Shown piece by piece: positions 1 to 7,806 of a DNA stretch of 59,835 nt; positions within the stretch are counted from its first letter, which is position 1; each line of letters starts with the position of its first letter. The stretch spans positions 1-59,835 of the IMG/VR virus record IMGVR_UViG_3300027754_000101. The stretch is one strand, 5' to 3'. The position numbers and the translations under genes are program-made. This stretch comes from a virus (taxonomy: Duplodnaviria > Caudoviricetes). The notes below the pieces were generated by a model, which saw nothing but the letters and a program-made list of their open reading frames with translations, did no database searches and was not told where the DNA came from.

Positions 1-625
1 GGTAAAGTTATCTGCCAAGTTCCTGCTCCTGAGTTAGTCTCTGCTGGGTATATCTTGCCACCAAAAGTGATTGTAAAGCAACTGGAGATGGTAACTGGGA
101 AACAGACCAACTATGATCGTGATGCAAACAATTTGCTGGAAACCATTGCTGATAATCAAGTCAATAAGATTTTGATTTGTGCGAAGGCAACCAAGCAGAT
201 TGTGGCACTCGTATCAGAAACTGATTTCTGTTCAAAGTTAGAATCTCGTGGGTATTCTTGGATGTTCATTACTGCAAAAACTGGAGCAGTGATTGATGGT
301 AAATCGTGAGGTATTTTTCAACACTCTAAATGCCTGGGGCAAAGACTCATCTAAGAAGTTTGTTGTGCTACATCATAGCATCCTATCTGAGGGCATCAAT
401 GTATCAGGATTGGAAGCAGTATTGTTTATGCGCAATATGAATTACATTTCCATTTCGCAGACTATCGGAAGAGTGATTAGACTTGGTGATGAATCCAAAA
501 AGTTTGGTCTGGTTGTTGTTCCTGTTTACAATAGAGTTGGTATCTCCACTGCTAAATCTGTTCAGGCAGTTGTTGATATTATTTTCCACAAGGGTGAACC
601 TGCTATATCGGTGGTTCGCAGTTGA
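1..625 (+). pseudogene. SF2 (DEAD/Res-like) helicase C-terminal part, 5'-truncated by the window edge and interrupted by a frameshift near 295-305
   Basis: Frame 1 is open from base 1 (GKVICQVPAPELVSAGYILPPK...) to a stop at 309. The overlapping frame 293-625 carries helicase motifs V/VI (ILSEGINV, QTIGRVIR). Confidence 0.7.
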
Positions 626-636
626 GACCCAATGAA

Positions 637-733
637 ACCCCAGTCTACCACTGGGGTCAAAACCTGATTTTTTGATGATTCTATCCTGAGGGTGTGATAG
701 GTCATTTACCACAAACGAAAACACCGATTTTTT
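637..733 (+). other. Structured intergenic element (two hairpins plus a repeated AAAA-N5/6-TTTTTT motif)
   Basis: Stem ACCCCAGT/ACTGGGGT at 637-657; imperfect stem ATGATTCTATC/GATAGGTCAT at about 676-706; AAAACCTGATTTTTT and AAAACACCGATTTTTT. Confidence 0.45.
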
Positions 734-744
734 GGAAAGTACAA

Positions 745-1296
745 ATGAAAAACTCTAATCGTTGGCAAGAGTATTGCGAGACTACCTTCAATAGTCTGCG
801 GGCAAACGTACACAACTGGGGCAAACCAAAGTTTAGTCGTCCTATCACACGCATTTACTATGCTTGCGGTGTGTTTGATTGTGGCACACCCAATCACACA
901 GGGTTTATAAGTGAGGCAGCATATCATAACAAACTGGAAGGCAAGAAAACTGTTCATGACCACTATCTTTCTCCGCAATTTGTTGGTAGAATGATTCTGG
1001 ACAATCCTGACACATACTTGCAAGACTTTGAGGTGTTTCGTGACATCTTCTGGAAATCTTGTGCCACAGTTGTTGTAACTGCGCAGGAGAACAATCAGTT
1101 GAGTTCGCTTACAACCAATGATGGTAATGACTACAAAGTAAGTGTGCCAACCGATGAAAAGTATGCTAGTCTGGGTATTAATCTGTATCGTCGTCCAGAC
1201 GGTAATATTAGATGGAAAAATGCACAACCAGTAATAGGAAATGGATTGTACTTTCCCGAGCATTTGATACAGTATGAAAAGGAGTTTTTAGTATGA
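745..1296 (+). CDS. Hypothetical protein, possible His-Me finger (HNH-like) nuclease
   Basis: ORF with likely ATG at 745; VHDHYLSPQ...VVVTAQENNQL resembles the DH-x-x-x-P ... T-x-x-EN pattern. Confidence 0.5.
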   Translation: MKNSNRWQEYCETTFNSLRANVHNWGKPKFSRPITRIYYACGVFDCGTPNHTGFISEAAYHNKLEGKKTVHDHYLSPQFVGRMILDNPDTYLQDFEVFRDIFWKSCATVVVTAQENNQLSSLTTNDGNDYKVSVPTDEKYASLGINLYRRPDGNIRWKNAQPVIGNGLYFPEHLIQYEKEFLV

Positions 1297-1469
1297 ATAA
1301 AGGATTCTTGATTGATAAGGGTGTCTATGCAGCAATACCTTTCGGGGGGCAACTTATGATACTACATGATGGGCAACAGTTGAAGTTATGTAGAACTGAA
1401 AGTTCTGCACGAAATTATATTGATTCCTTAAGAAAGGGTAAGAGTGTAGCACAACTACCCATAGAATAA
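1293..1469 (+). CDS. Small hypothetical protein (58 aa, MNKGFLIDKG...)
   Basis: Translated by hand; ATGA overlap with the upstream stop; ends just before repeat copy 1. Confidence 0.7.
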   Translation: MNKGFLIDKGVYAAIPFGGQLMILHDGQQLKLCRTESSARNYIDSLRKGKSVAQLPIE

Positions 1470-1475
1470 ACTTTC

Positions 1476-1501
1476 TGGGCCCCTGAAAGTGTCCTTATTG
1501 T
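1476..1501 (+). repeat. 26-bp cassette/promoter repeat, copy 1
   Basis: TGGGCCCCTGAAAGTGTCCTTATTGT. Confidence 0.95.
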
Positions 1502-1516
1502 ATGACTGCACTTCTT

Positions 1517-2107
1517 ATGAAACTAACTGTACTTCAAGTTTTATCTTTATTAAAAGTTACTGACTTTAGTAAATTTGAAAAACCTGATAAAAATAAAGGT
1601 TCTCGTGGTCAGTTATTAGAAACTGCTCTTGGGATTCCTAACAGTTCTGACCTTAAAGATCTTGCTGATGGTGAACTTAAGTCTTTTACTCTTGGTCAAT
1701 CTATTGCTGTTACACAGTTAAAACATTGTCTATCTGAAATAATTGATTACAAAGTATTATTTGAAAATAGTAAGGTTGGGAAAAAGTTACAACAAACCAT
1801 ATATGTTACATTCTCACGCTCTAACGATTATATAAACTCAACATTACTCAATGAAGAAATTCATCCTGAACACTATCAAGAATTGCGTGAAGATTACAAC
1901 CATATTTGTGATAAAATTCGTACCATATTTGATAATGATCAAGAATTAAATACTATCACAGGACCTAATGGTCTTCTGCAAATTCGTACTAAGGCAAGTA
2001 AATCAAATGGAAGTTACACTCCACTAACATTTAAAAATGTAACTCTTAAAAATAAGTATATGGCATTTTATTTGTGTGGTAAATTTGGTAAACAGTTGAC
2101 ATTCTGA
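1517..2107 (+). CDS. MutH/Sau3AI-family PD-(D/E)xK endonuclease
   Basis: NKGSRGQLLETALG, DL...ELKS, LLQIRTKAS and AFYL motifs typical of MutH/Sau3AI. Start may be 1502 or 1517. Confidence 0.8.
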   Translation: MKLTVLQVLSLLKVTDFSKFEKPDKNKGSRGQLLETALGIPNSSDLKDLADGELKSFTLGQSIAVTQLKHCLSEIIDYKVLFENSKVGKKLQQTIYVTFSRSNDYINSTLLNEEIHPEHYQELREDYNHICDKIRTIFDNDQELNTITGPNGLLQIRTKASKSNGSYTPLTFKNVTLKNKYMAFYLCGKFGKQLTF

Positions 2108-2123
2108 TGAATTTGAGTATTAT
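2096..2123 (+). promoter_or_regulatory. Sigma70-type promoter upstream of dam
   Basis: TTGACA-16 bp-TATTAT. Confidence 0.55.
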
Positions 2124-2145
2124 AGATACATAAAGACATAGTTTG

Positions 2146-2964
2146 ATGAATAAACCATTTCTAAAGTGGGCAGGAAACAAATATAGGGTTCTGCCCCATC
2201 TTATTCCGCATATTGGTAATCCTAAGCGTTATTGTGAACCATTTGGTGGTAGTCTTTCTGTTGCACTCAATACAGTAGCAGACCAATACATTCTCAATGA
2301 TGTGAATAAAGATTTGGTTGCAATCTATCAAAACTTAGTGAATCCAAATGATGATAGCTTCATCAAATACTGTGAGGAACTATTCACTTCAGAGAATAAC
2401 ACAAAGGAAGCATATTTAGAACTACGAGCACATTTTAACCAAGCAACAAATACTACAGAAAGAGCAAGATTATTTGTTTATTTGAATCGCCACTGTTTTA
2501 ATGGATTATCAAGATATAATAGTAAAGGTGGATTTAATGTTCCTTTCGGTAAGTATGATAAACCAGTATGCCCATCAGAACAAATGATGAACTTTAGAAT
2601 GTTTTTTCTTTCTAAACAATTAGTAAGATTTACTTCACTTTCTTTTGAAGATTCATCTCTTTACGAAGATTTAGAATCAGGTGATACTGTGTACTTTGAC
2701 CCTCCATATGTGCCTGCATCAAATACTTCAAACTTTACAAGTTATGCTACGAATGGATTTATTCACCAACAACAAACTGAATTAGCAGACCTTGCAGAAT
2801 CCCTTGCATCTAAGGGAATCAAAGTAATTGTATCAAATCACGATGTGGATATAACCAGAGAACTTTACAAAAATGCTACGATTTATCCTATTCAAGTGAC
2901 AAGAACTATTGCAGCAAAAGGTAGTAGTAGGATTAAAGCAAACGAACTTATTGCAGTATATTAG
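2146..2964 (+). CDS. dam: DNA adenine methyltransferase (Dam/D12 class)
   Basis: FLKWAGNK, EPFGGSLSV, LNRHCFNGLSRYN, FNVPFG and catalytic DPPY motifs. Confidence 0.95.
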   Translation: MNKPFLKWAGNKYRVLPHLIPHIGNPKRYCEPFGGSLSVALNTVADQYILNDVNKDLVAIYQNLVNPNDDSFIKYCEELFTSENNTKEAYLELRAHFNQATNTTERARLFVYLNRHCFNGLSRYNSKGGFNVPFGKYDKPVCPSEQMMNFRMFFLSKQLVRFTSLSFEDSSLYEDLESGDTVYFDPPYVPASNTSNFTSYATNGFIHQQQTELADLAESLASKGIKVIVSNHDVDITRELYKNATIYPIQVTRTIAAKGSSRIKANELIAVY

Positions 2965-2970
2965 ATTCTT

Positions 2971-2996
2971 TGGGCCCCTGAAAGTGTCCTTATAGT
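2971..2996 (+). repeat. 26-bp repeat, copy 2
   Basis: TGGGCCCCTGAAAGTGTCCTTATAGT. Confidence 0.95.
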
Positions 2997-3872
2997 ATGA
3001 GCATACAAAACAAACATCAAGAACATTTTGAGGATCTAATCCTCACAGGTGACTTATCTGTTCTTGAGTTCTTTGATGGTGACTATCAAGTTTCTTTGAA
3101 GATTGATGGGTCTCCAGCAATAGTGTGGGGAACTAATCCTGCATCTGGAAACTTCTTTGTGGGCACCAAAAGTGTATTCAACAAAGTTAAACTGAAAATC
3201 AACGAATCACACGAAGATATTGATACAAATCACAGTGGTAATGTAGCACAAATATTACACTGTTGCCTAGATAGTTTACCTCGTACAGAGAACATTTATC
3301 AGGGTGACTTTATTGGGTTTGGTGGACTTTGTTCATATACTCCTAACACAATAACTTATCAGTTCCCTGAGATTGTAACACAAAGTATTATTATTGCACC
3401 ACATACAAAGTGGAGCACTGATGGTGAACTTAGAGATGCTTATGTATCTGGAACTACACCATTCTTCAATGATACTAACCATGTGAAGTTCGTGCAACCT
3501 TGTGTAGACTTTATTCGCATAACTTTACCTCAGGTTGATGTTGATGATGTTGAGTTCTTAAGTGTAAAACAAGCAGCAGAGGCAAAGAAACAAATCAATG
3601 CTTTGATTCGTTCTGGTAGTGAACTTAACCTTCGCAATCTAACTGAGATTCTTGTCTGCCAGAATCTTGCACATCTCTATCTCTCAATGATAGAAATCAA
3701 AGAGGACTTGATGGATATGATGATTGTATCAGACAGTCCAGTAGCATATATTAATGGTGAGAAGATCGTTGGTGAGGGTTTCGTCCTTAAGAATAGTAGC
3801 ATCATTATGAAGTTAGTGAACCGTGAAGTTTTTGCTTTTGCTAACTTCAATACTGCAAAGAACTGGGTATAA
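2997..3872 (+). CDS. Conserved phage protein with ATP-dependent ligase/nucleotidyltransferase-like motifs
   Basis: LKIDGS (motif I KxDG), YQGDF, GEGFVL (motif IV), MKLV (motif V). Confidence 0.6.
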   Translation: MSIQNKHQEHFEDLILTGDLSVLEFFDGDYQVSLKIDGSPAIVWGTNPASGNFFVGTKSVFNKVKLKINESHEDIDTNHSGNVAQILHCCLDSLPRTENIYQGDFIGFGGLCSYTPNTITYQFPEIVTQSIIIAPHTKWSTDGELRDAYVSGTTPFFNDTNHVKFVQPCVDFIRITLPQVDVDDVEFLSVKQAAEAKKQINALIRSGSELNLRNLTEILVCQNLAHLYLSMIEIKEDLMDMMIVSDSPVAYINGEKIVGEGFVLKNSSIIMKLVNREVFAFANFNTAKNWV

Positions 3873-3877
3873 ATCTC

Positions 3878-3903
3878 TGGGCCCCTGAAAGTGTCCTTAT
3901 AGT
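3878..3903 (+). repeat. 26-bp repeat, copy 3
   Basis: TGGGCCCCTGAAAGTGTCCTTATAGT. Confidence 0.95.
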
Positions 3904-3930
3904 ATGACCACTCACTCAAACCAAACCAAA

Positions 3931-4089
3931 ATGACATCCACAACTCAAACAACTCAAGAGTTCTTTACAGAAAACGAATGGGATATGATTTACAATTTCA
4001 TTGGTAATGCTCTTGATAATGATGATTATGATCGTGAAGATGTTTACTCTATTCGTGCTAAAATTCACAATCTCTTTCTTGTAAAATGA
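3931..4089 (+). CDS. Small hypothetical protein
   Basis: ORF after an A/C-rich leader; the ATG at 3931 is preferred over 3904. Confidence 0.7.
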   Translation: MTSTTQTTQEFFTENEWDMIYNFIGNALDNDDYDREDVYSIRAKIHNLFLVK

Positions 4090-4208
4090 ACACTCCAAAC
4101 TGGAAACATAACTCTGGAAAGAGTAAACGAACAAAAGGTATGTGTAAGGGTCAGATTGTAGCACGTAAACAAGCACTCAAATCACTCAAACTGAAACTTT
4201 CCAAATGA
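4086..4208 (+). CDS. Small basic hypothetical protein (40 aa, MNTPNWKHNSGK...)
   Basis: Translated by hand; ATGA overlaps at both ends. Confidence 0.65.
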   Translation: MNTPNWKHNSGKSKRTKGMCKGQIVARKQALKSLKLKLSK

Positions 4209-4675
4209 CTGCCACCTTTTCTGATTACGTTGCCGAGCAAGATGCAAAGAACACTATTAGTTTGAAAGTCACAGAATGGTGCCTAATGTTATGTGATGCA
4301 CTGAAAGATAATTATACTAAGTATGCAATTCGTGGGCATCAACGTTCTGTTGAGAACTTTAACTTTACCTATGATGGATCTCCTTCAATTCAATCGCAAT
4401 ATCATCAACGCAAGATTGAGGAATTGAAGGCAGGTAATTGTCCGATTGATTATGTAATTGAGAGTGGCAGAAAGTATCACAAAATCATGTTTGTTGATGG
4501 TGGTGGTCATCACAGTGTTCACTGTTTTGTTGATAAGCAGACTGGTGAAGTTTATAAGTCTGCATCTTACAAAGCACCAGCAAAAGGTGTTAGATTTGAC
4601 CTGCGATTAATTAAAGATCGTGAATACTTATTTGCTAATGCTGATTGGTCGGGAGGATATTTATATGCTCGTTGA
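4205..4675 (+). CDS. Conserved phage hypothetical protein
   Basis: GRKYHKI...VHCFVDKQTGEVYKSASYKAPAKGVRF motif, typical of cyanophage accessory proteins. Confidence 0.8.
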   Translation: MTATFSDYVAEQDAKNTISLKVTEWCLMLCDALKDNYTKYAIRGHQRSVENFNFTYDGSPSIQSQYHQRKIEELKAGNCPIDYVIESGRKYHKIMFVDGGGHHSVHCFVDKQTGEVYKSASYKAPAKGVRFDLRLIKDREYLFANADWSGGYLYAR

Positions 4676-4686
4676 TAATGTAAAGG

Positions 4687-4712
4687 GGGGACGTGTAAAG
4701 TGTCTCTATAGT
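4687..4712 (+). repeat. Degenerate copy of the 26-bp repeat
   Basis: GGGGACGTGTAAAGTGTCTCTATAGT followed by an A/C-rich leader. Confidence 0.75.
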
Positions 4713-4747
4713 GTAAGCACCAATCAATCAACTTCACTCAAACTCAA

Positions 4748-4927
4748 ATGAACAAACAAACCTGCATTGATGAACTGACAGCAACATTTAAGGATCGTCT
4801 TGAGTATTTAATTTGCACAGAGGATTACGACAGTGCCAGTGCAATTCATTCTGAATTTGTTGTCGGTGGAATTGAACCTGAAGATGGTGAATATATCTGG
4901 TTATTTGTTCCTAACCTTGTTTGTTAA
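4748..4927 (+). CDS. Small acidic hypothetical protein (59 aa, MNKQTCIDEL...)
   Basis: Translated by hand; TAATG overlap with the next gene. Confidence 0.7.
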   Translation: MNKQTCIDELTATFKDRLEYLICTEDYDSASAIHSEFVVGGIEPEDGEYIWLFVPNLVC

Positions 4928-5187
4928 TGACACACTCAAACCTCTCAAAGATCAAACCAAAACTAAGAACAACTGGTCAGGTCTCAGGTAACTTTGGAAG
5001 ACCTAAGTCTAAGGCAGGATCAACACTTAATGATCTTGGTGGTAGTGGCAACATAGGAGCATCACAAGACGAATATCTCAGTCGTCTTTATAGTGCCTTT
5101 GATAGTACCACAAACAAACAACTTCGTCAGTTTGCATTTACTGAAATCCGCAAGATTTTGATACAACGAAACTTATGGGAAGACTAA
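4927..5187 (+). CDS. Hypothetical protein (MTHSNLSKIKPK...)
   Basis: ORF with a start coupled to the upstream stop. Confidence 0.75.
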   Translation: MTHSNLSKIKPKLRTTGQVSGNFGRPKSKAGSTLNDLGGSGNIGASQDEYLSRLYSAFDSTTNKQLRQFAFTEIRKILIQRNLWED

Positions 5188-5199
5188 AGTAACTATCTC

Positions 5200-5225
5200 T
5201 GGGCCCCTGAAAGTGTCCTTATAGT
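5200..5225 (+). repeat. 26-bp repeat, copy 4
   Basis: TGGGCCCCTGAAAGTGTCCTTATAGT; upstream flank TAAAGTAACTATCTC is shared with copy 5. Confidence 0.95.
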
Positions 5226-5240
5226 ATGAACACAACTCAA

Positions 5241-5447
5241 ATGACTAACCAACCAAAACAGATGAAGTTCATCGGTAACTGCATTAACTCTTTTGATGAG
5301 AATGGTGATTGTATCATTCCTTTACTTCCATTCGCAAATGTTACAGAGTTCGCTCAACTTGTGGAAGAAAGTGATAATGTAGAGATTGGTGATTTTATTA
5401 TTCAATACGACGAAGAAACCGACGTTCATTCATTCTATTTCAACTGA
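5241..5447 (+). CDS. Small acidic hypothetical protein
   Basis: ORF downstream of repeat copy 4. Confidence 0.7.
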   Translation: MTNQPKQMKFIGNCINSFDENGDCIIPLLPFANVTEFAQLVEESDNVEIGDFIIQYDEETDVHSFYFN

Positions 5448-5509
5448 TGACTTACTCCAACCTTTCAAAGTGCATCCTTAGTATGAACACAAACTCAAAC
5501 CAAACCAAA

Positions 5510-5668
5510 ATGAAAAAAACTCATCGCTTTGTTTGTATGACTGAGGCAGTAGACTTTCTTACTGCTGAGTTTAACTGGACTCGCCAGGAATCTACACATT
5601 TTGTATGGGATAATCAATTCACAATGGGAACAGATCGTGCGACCTGGTTAACAGTTCCAAACAAATAG
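5510..5668 (+). CDS. Small hypothetical protein (MKKTHRFVCM...)
   Basis: ORF after a degenerate half-repeat and the leader ACTCAAACCAAACCAAA. Confidence 0.65.
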   Translation: MKKTHRFVCMTEAVDFLTAEFNWTRQESTHFVWDNQFTMGTDRATWLTVPNK

Positions 5669-5673
5669 TACCA

Positions 5674-5883
5674 ATGATTGAAAATCGTGCTCGTATTCTT
5701 TCCAGTTTCATTATTTGTTTTGCCTACATCATTACAATGTACCACGACACAACTTTAGGATGCCGACTATATCTGGTGGGCAATTCTCTTGCCATTCCTT
5801 ATATGATTCGCCATAAGTGTTGGGATATTGTTGCTCTTTTATCTTTCTTAATTGTTGCTGGTTTACCAAAGGTTTTCTCATGA
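5674..5883 (+). CDS. Small membrane protein
   Basis: Three hydrophobic stretches in 69 aa. Confidence 0.7.
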   Translation: MIENRARILSSFIICFAYIITMYHDTTLGCRLYLVGNSLAIPYMIRHKCWDIVALLSFLIVAGLPKVFS

Positions 5884-6023
5884 AGTATGAAGTTAAGTTG
5901 TATATTGGTGGCAAAGTATTCACCGAGGAAGTACATGCCAATAACAATCAAGACGCAAAAGTTACGGCACTTGCACGTAACCCAACTGCTAAAGTCATAG
6001 GAGTTAATGTAACATTTAAGTAA
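5880..6023 (+). CDS. Small conserved hypothetical protein (MKYEVKLYIGGKVF...)
   Basis: ATGA overlap; ALARNPTAK motif. Confidence 0.75.
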   Translation: MKYEVKLYIGGKVFTEEVHANNNQDAKVTALARNPTAKVIGVNVTFK

Positions 6024-6035
6024 AGTAACTATCTC

Positions 6036-6061
6036 TGGGCCCCTGAAAGTGTCCTTATAGT
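6036..6061 (+). repeat. 26-bp repeat, copy 5
   Basis: TGGGCCCCTGAAAGTGTCCTTATAGT; downstream leader nearly identical to that of copy 3. Confidence 0.95.
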
Positions 6062-6082
6062 ATAACCACTCACTCAAACCAA

Positions 6083-6247
6083 ATGCAACTTTCAATCCGC
6101 TGTACTTCTGCTCCTTGGGAGAATGAAACCACTGATATAGATCGTGCCATTGATATTGCATATTCTCTCTCTGAAGAATACTCTTGCGATGTTCACTTAG
6201 TATACACTTCAACTGGAACTATTCATTCTGTTGTTTCTAACTACTAA
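6083..6247 (+). CDS. Small hypothetical protein (54 aa, MQLSIRCTSAPWENE...)
   Basis: Translated by hand; follows the repeat and leader. Confidence 0.7.
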   Translation: MQLSIRCTSAPWENETTDIDRAIDIAYSLSEEYSCDVHLVYTSTGTIHSVVSNY

Positions 6248-6256
6248 TCAAACAAA

Positions 6257-6433
6257 ATGACATCAACTGTATTTGTTAAGTTCTCTTATGATGATAGACT
6301 TTCTCAAGAGATTGCTATCGACCTTGGAGTTGATATTGATTTAACAAAGAACTCTAACAGAAAAAAGTTAATCAATCGACTGTTAAAATCAGATCTAAAC
6401 ATTACTGAAGTTTCACTTTCTCAAACAAAATGA
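6257..6433 (+). CDS. Small hypothetical protein (58 aa, MTSTVFVKFS...)
   Basis: Translated by hand; ATGA overlap with the next ORF. Confidence 0.65.
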   Translation: MTSTVFVKFSYDDRLSQEIAIDLGVDIDLTKNSNRKKLINRLLKSDLNITEVSLSQTK

Positions 6434-6645
6434 TTATCAAAGGTAACAATCCTGCACCTTTTAAGGTCAACAAAGGAATGAAAGGTTACAATGTTTGGGT
6501 ATATAAAAACAGCACAATACCCTCTGATGGTATTATCCGTCATCACTACAAATCATTAACAATCAAAGGTAAGTTCTTCTCCCGTAAGGATGCAACAGAA
6601 GTCGCATGGGATTATATTGAGAATCATTCTTATGCTGAATTATGA
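6430..6645 (+). CDS. Small hypothetical protein
   Basis: 71-aa ORF in the operon. Confidence 0.7.
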   Translation: MIIKGNNPAPFKVNKGMKGYNVWVYKNSTIPSDGIIRHHYKSLTIKGKFFSRKDATEVAWDYIENHSYAEL

Positions 6646-6691
6646 TACAATAGAATCATCTAAAGTATTATTTAAGAAAAGTATTAAATCC

Positions 6692-6717
6692 TGGGCCCCT
6701 GAAAGTGTCCCTATAGT
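6692..6717 (+). repeat. 26-bp repeat, copy 6
   Basis: TGGGCCCCTGAAAGTGTCCCTATAGT. Confidence 0.95.
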
Positions 6718-6745
6718 GTAGACACCAAACCTAAACCAAACCAAA

Positions 6746-7072
6746 ATGAGAAAAATCGAATCCCTGATGAATGATGCAATCAGCAACAACACTCACTTCA
6801 AATCTGCTAATACTGAAGTTCAAACATTAGATGGAGTTTCTTATGTTTATCTTCATGGCAATAAGATTGCTGAGGTAAGCAACTCATTCATTCGTTTGTT
6901 TGATGGTGGGTATCAATCAAACACTACCAAGTCAAGAATCAATGCAATACTTTCTGAGCATGGATTATCTGGTGAAAGTGTATTCGCAAACAAAAAGACT
7001 TGGTTCGTAAATGTTATGACCTCAGGAGGACTTGCACCAGTTCCTTTCTTCTCATCGATGCGACTTGCATGA
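6746..7072 (+). CDS. Conserved phage hypothetical protein
   Basis: VYLHGNKIA...DGGYQSNTTKSRINAIL motif. Confidence 0.8.
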   Translation: MRKIESLMNDAISNNTHFKSANTEVQTLDGVSYVYLHGNKIAEVSNSFIRLFDGGYQSNTTKSRINAILSEHGLSGESVFANKKTWFVNVMTSGGLAPVPFFSSMRLA

Positions 7073-7112
7073 GTTTAAGTAAAACATCTTACCACACACT
7101 TATCAAACTCAA

Positions 7113-7328
7113 ATGACATTTCAACAAGCACTTCTTTCAGCGAATTATGTTTTAGACGAGAACAATTTTGACCTTGGTTGTTATGTCAAAACTGATTCTG
7201 ATAATTTCATTCACATCTATCAGGTAGGTGAGAATGAAGGAGAATGGAATTATGTTAAGATGACTGAGGAGTTTGATGTATTAACTGAGGTTACTTTTAA
7301 TCCTGACAAACAAACAGTTACTCTTTAA
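7113..7328 (+). CDS. Small acidic hypothetical protein
   Basis: ORF preceded by the leader ACTCAAATG. Confidence 0.7.
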   Translation: MTFQQALLSANYVLDENNFDLGCYVKTDSDNFIHIYQVGENEGEWNYVKMTEEFDVLTEVTFNPDKQTVTL

Positions 7329-7334
7329 GTTATT

Positions 7335-7577
7335 ATGAACCTCACACACAAAGTAAGAAGTTGGACAGTAACTCTACCAGTTGAGTTAGATGAAGAAAAA
7401 AAGTGGTGGAGAAGAAAACCAGGTAAACCAAGAAAGATGGGTGACCCATTATTACCACCAGAGGGTAAGATACCAAATAGAAATAGTAACGAACGAATGT
7501 TGCAAGGTTACTATCTAATGAAAAAGAAAGGTCTACAAGTTGATGCTCTCGAATCCCTAATCAATCAAATCAAATGA
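7335..7577 (+). CDS. Small basic hypothetical protein
   Basis: 80-aa ORF. Confidence 0.6.
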   Translation: MNLTHKVRSWTVTLPVELDEEKKWWRRKPGKPRKMGDPLLPPEGKIPNRNSNERMLQGYYLMKKKGLQVDALESLINQIK

Positions 7578-7806
7578 CACTTGACACACTGCACAATGTT
7601 TCACTCACCGAGAATGAGATATCAGTAATTCTCTATTACTTAGAAGAGGTTGCTAATAGGTCAAAGGAAGAGTATGACCCTGAGATTGATACTATCTTTG
7701 ACAAGTTACAATCAGTAGGTTACTCTTACAGTTAGTATCATTTAGAGGAAAAATGTTTTACCAGTTGATGCTCTCGAATCCCCAATCAATCAAATGACAC
7801 TTGACA
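7538..7806 (+). repeat. Direct repeat pair (7538-7586 and 7763-7806)
   Basis: AGTTGATGCTCTCGAATCCC(T/C)AATCAATCAAAT(CAAAT)GACACTTGACA occurs twice. Confidence 0.9.
7574..7735 (+). CDS. Small acidic hypothetical protein (53 aa, MTLDTLHNVSL...)
   Basis: Translated by hand. Confidence 0.65.
   Translation: MTLDTLHNVSLTENEISVILYYLEEVANRSKEEYDPEIDTIFDKLQSVGYSYS

Noticed and set aside
2102-2140. CTGATGA as a hammerhead ribozyme core
   Set aside because: There is no matching GAAA with supporting stems; the segment is better explained as a promoter spacer.
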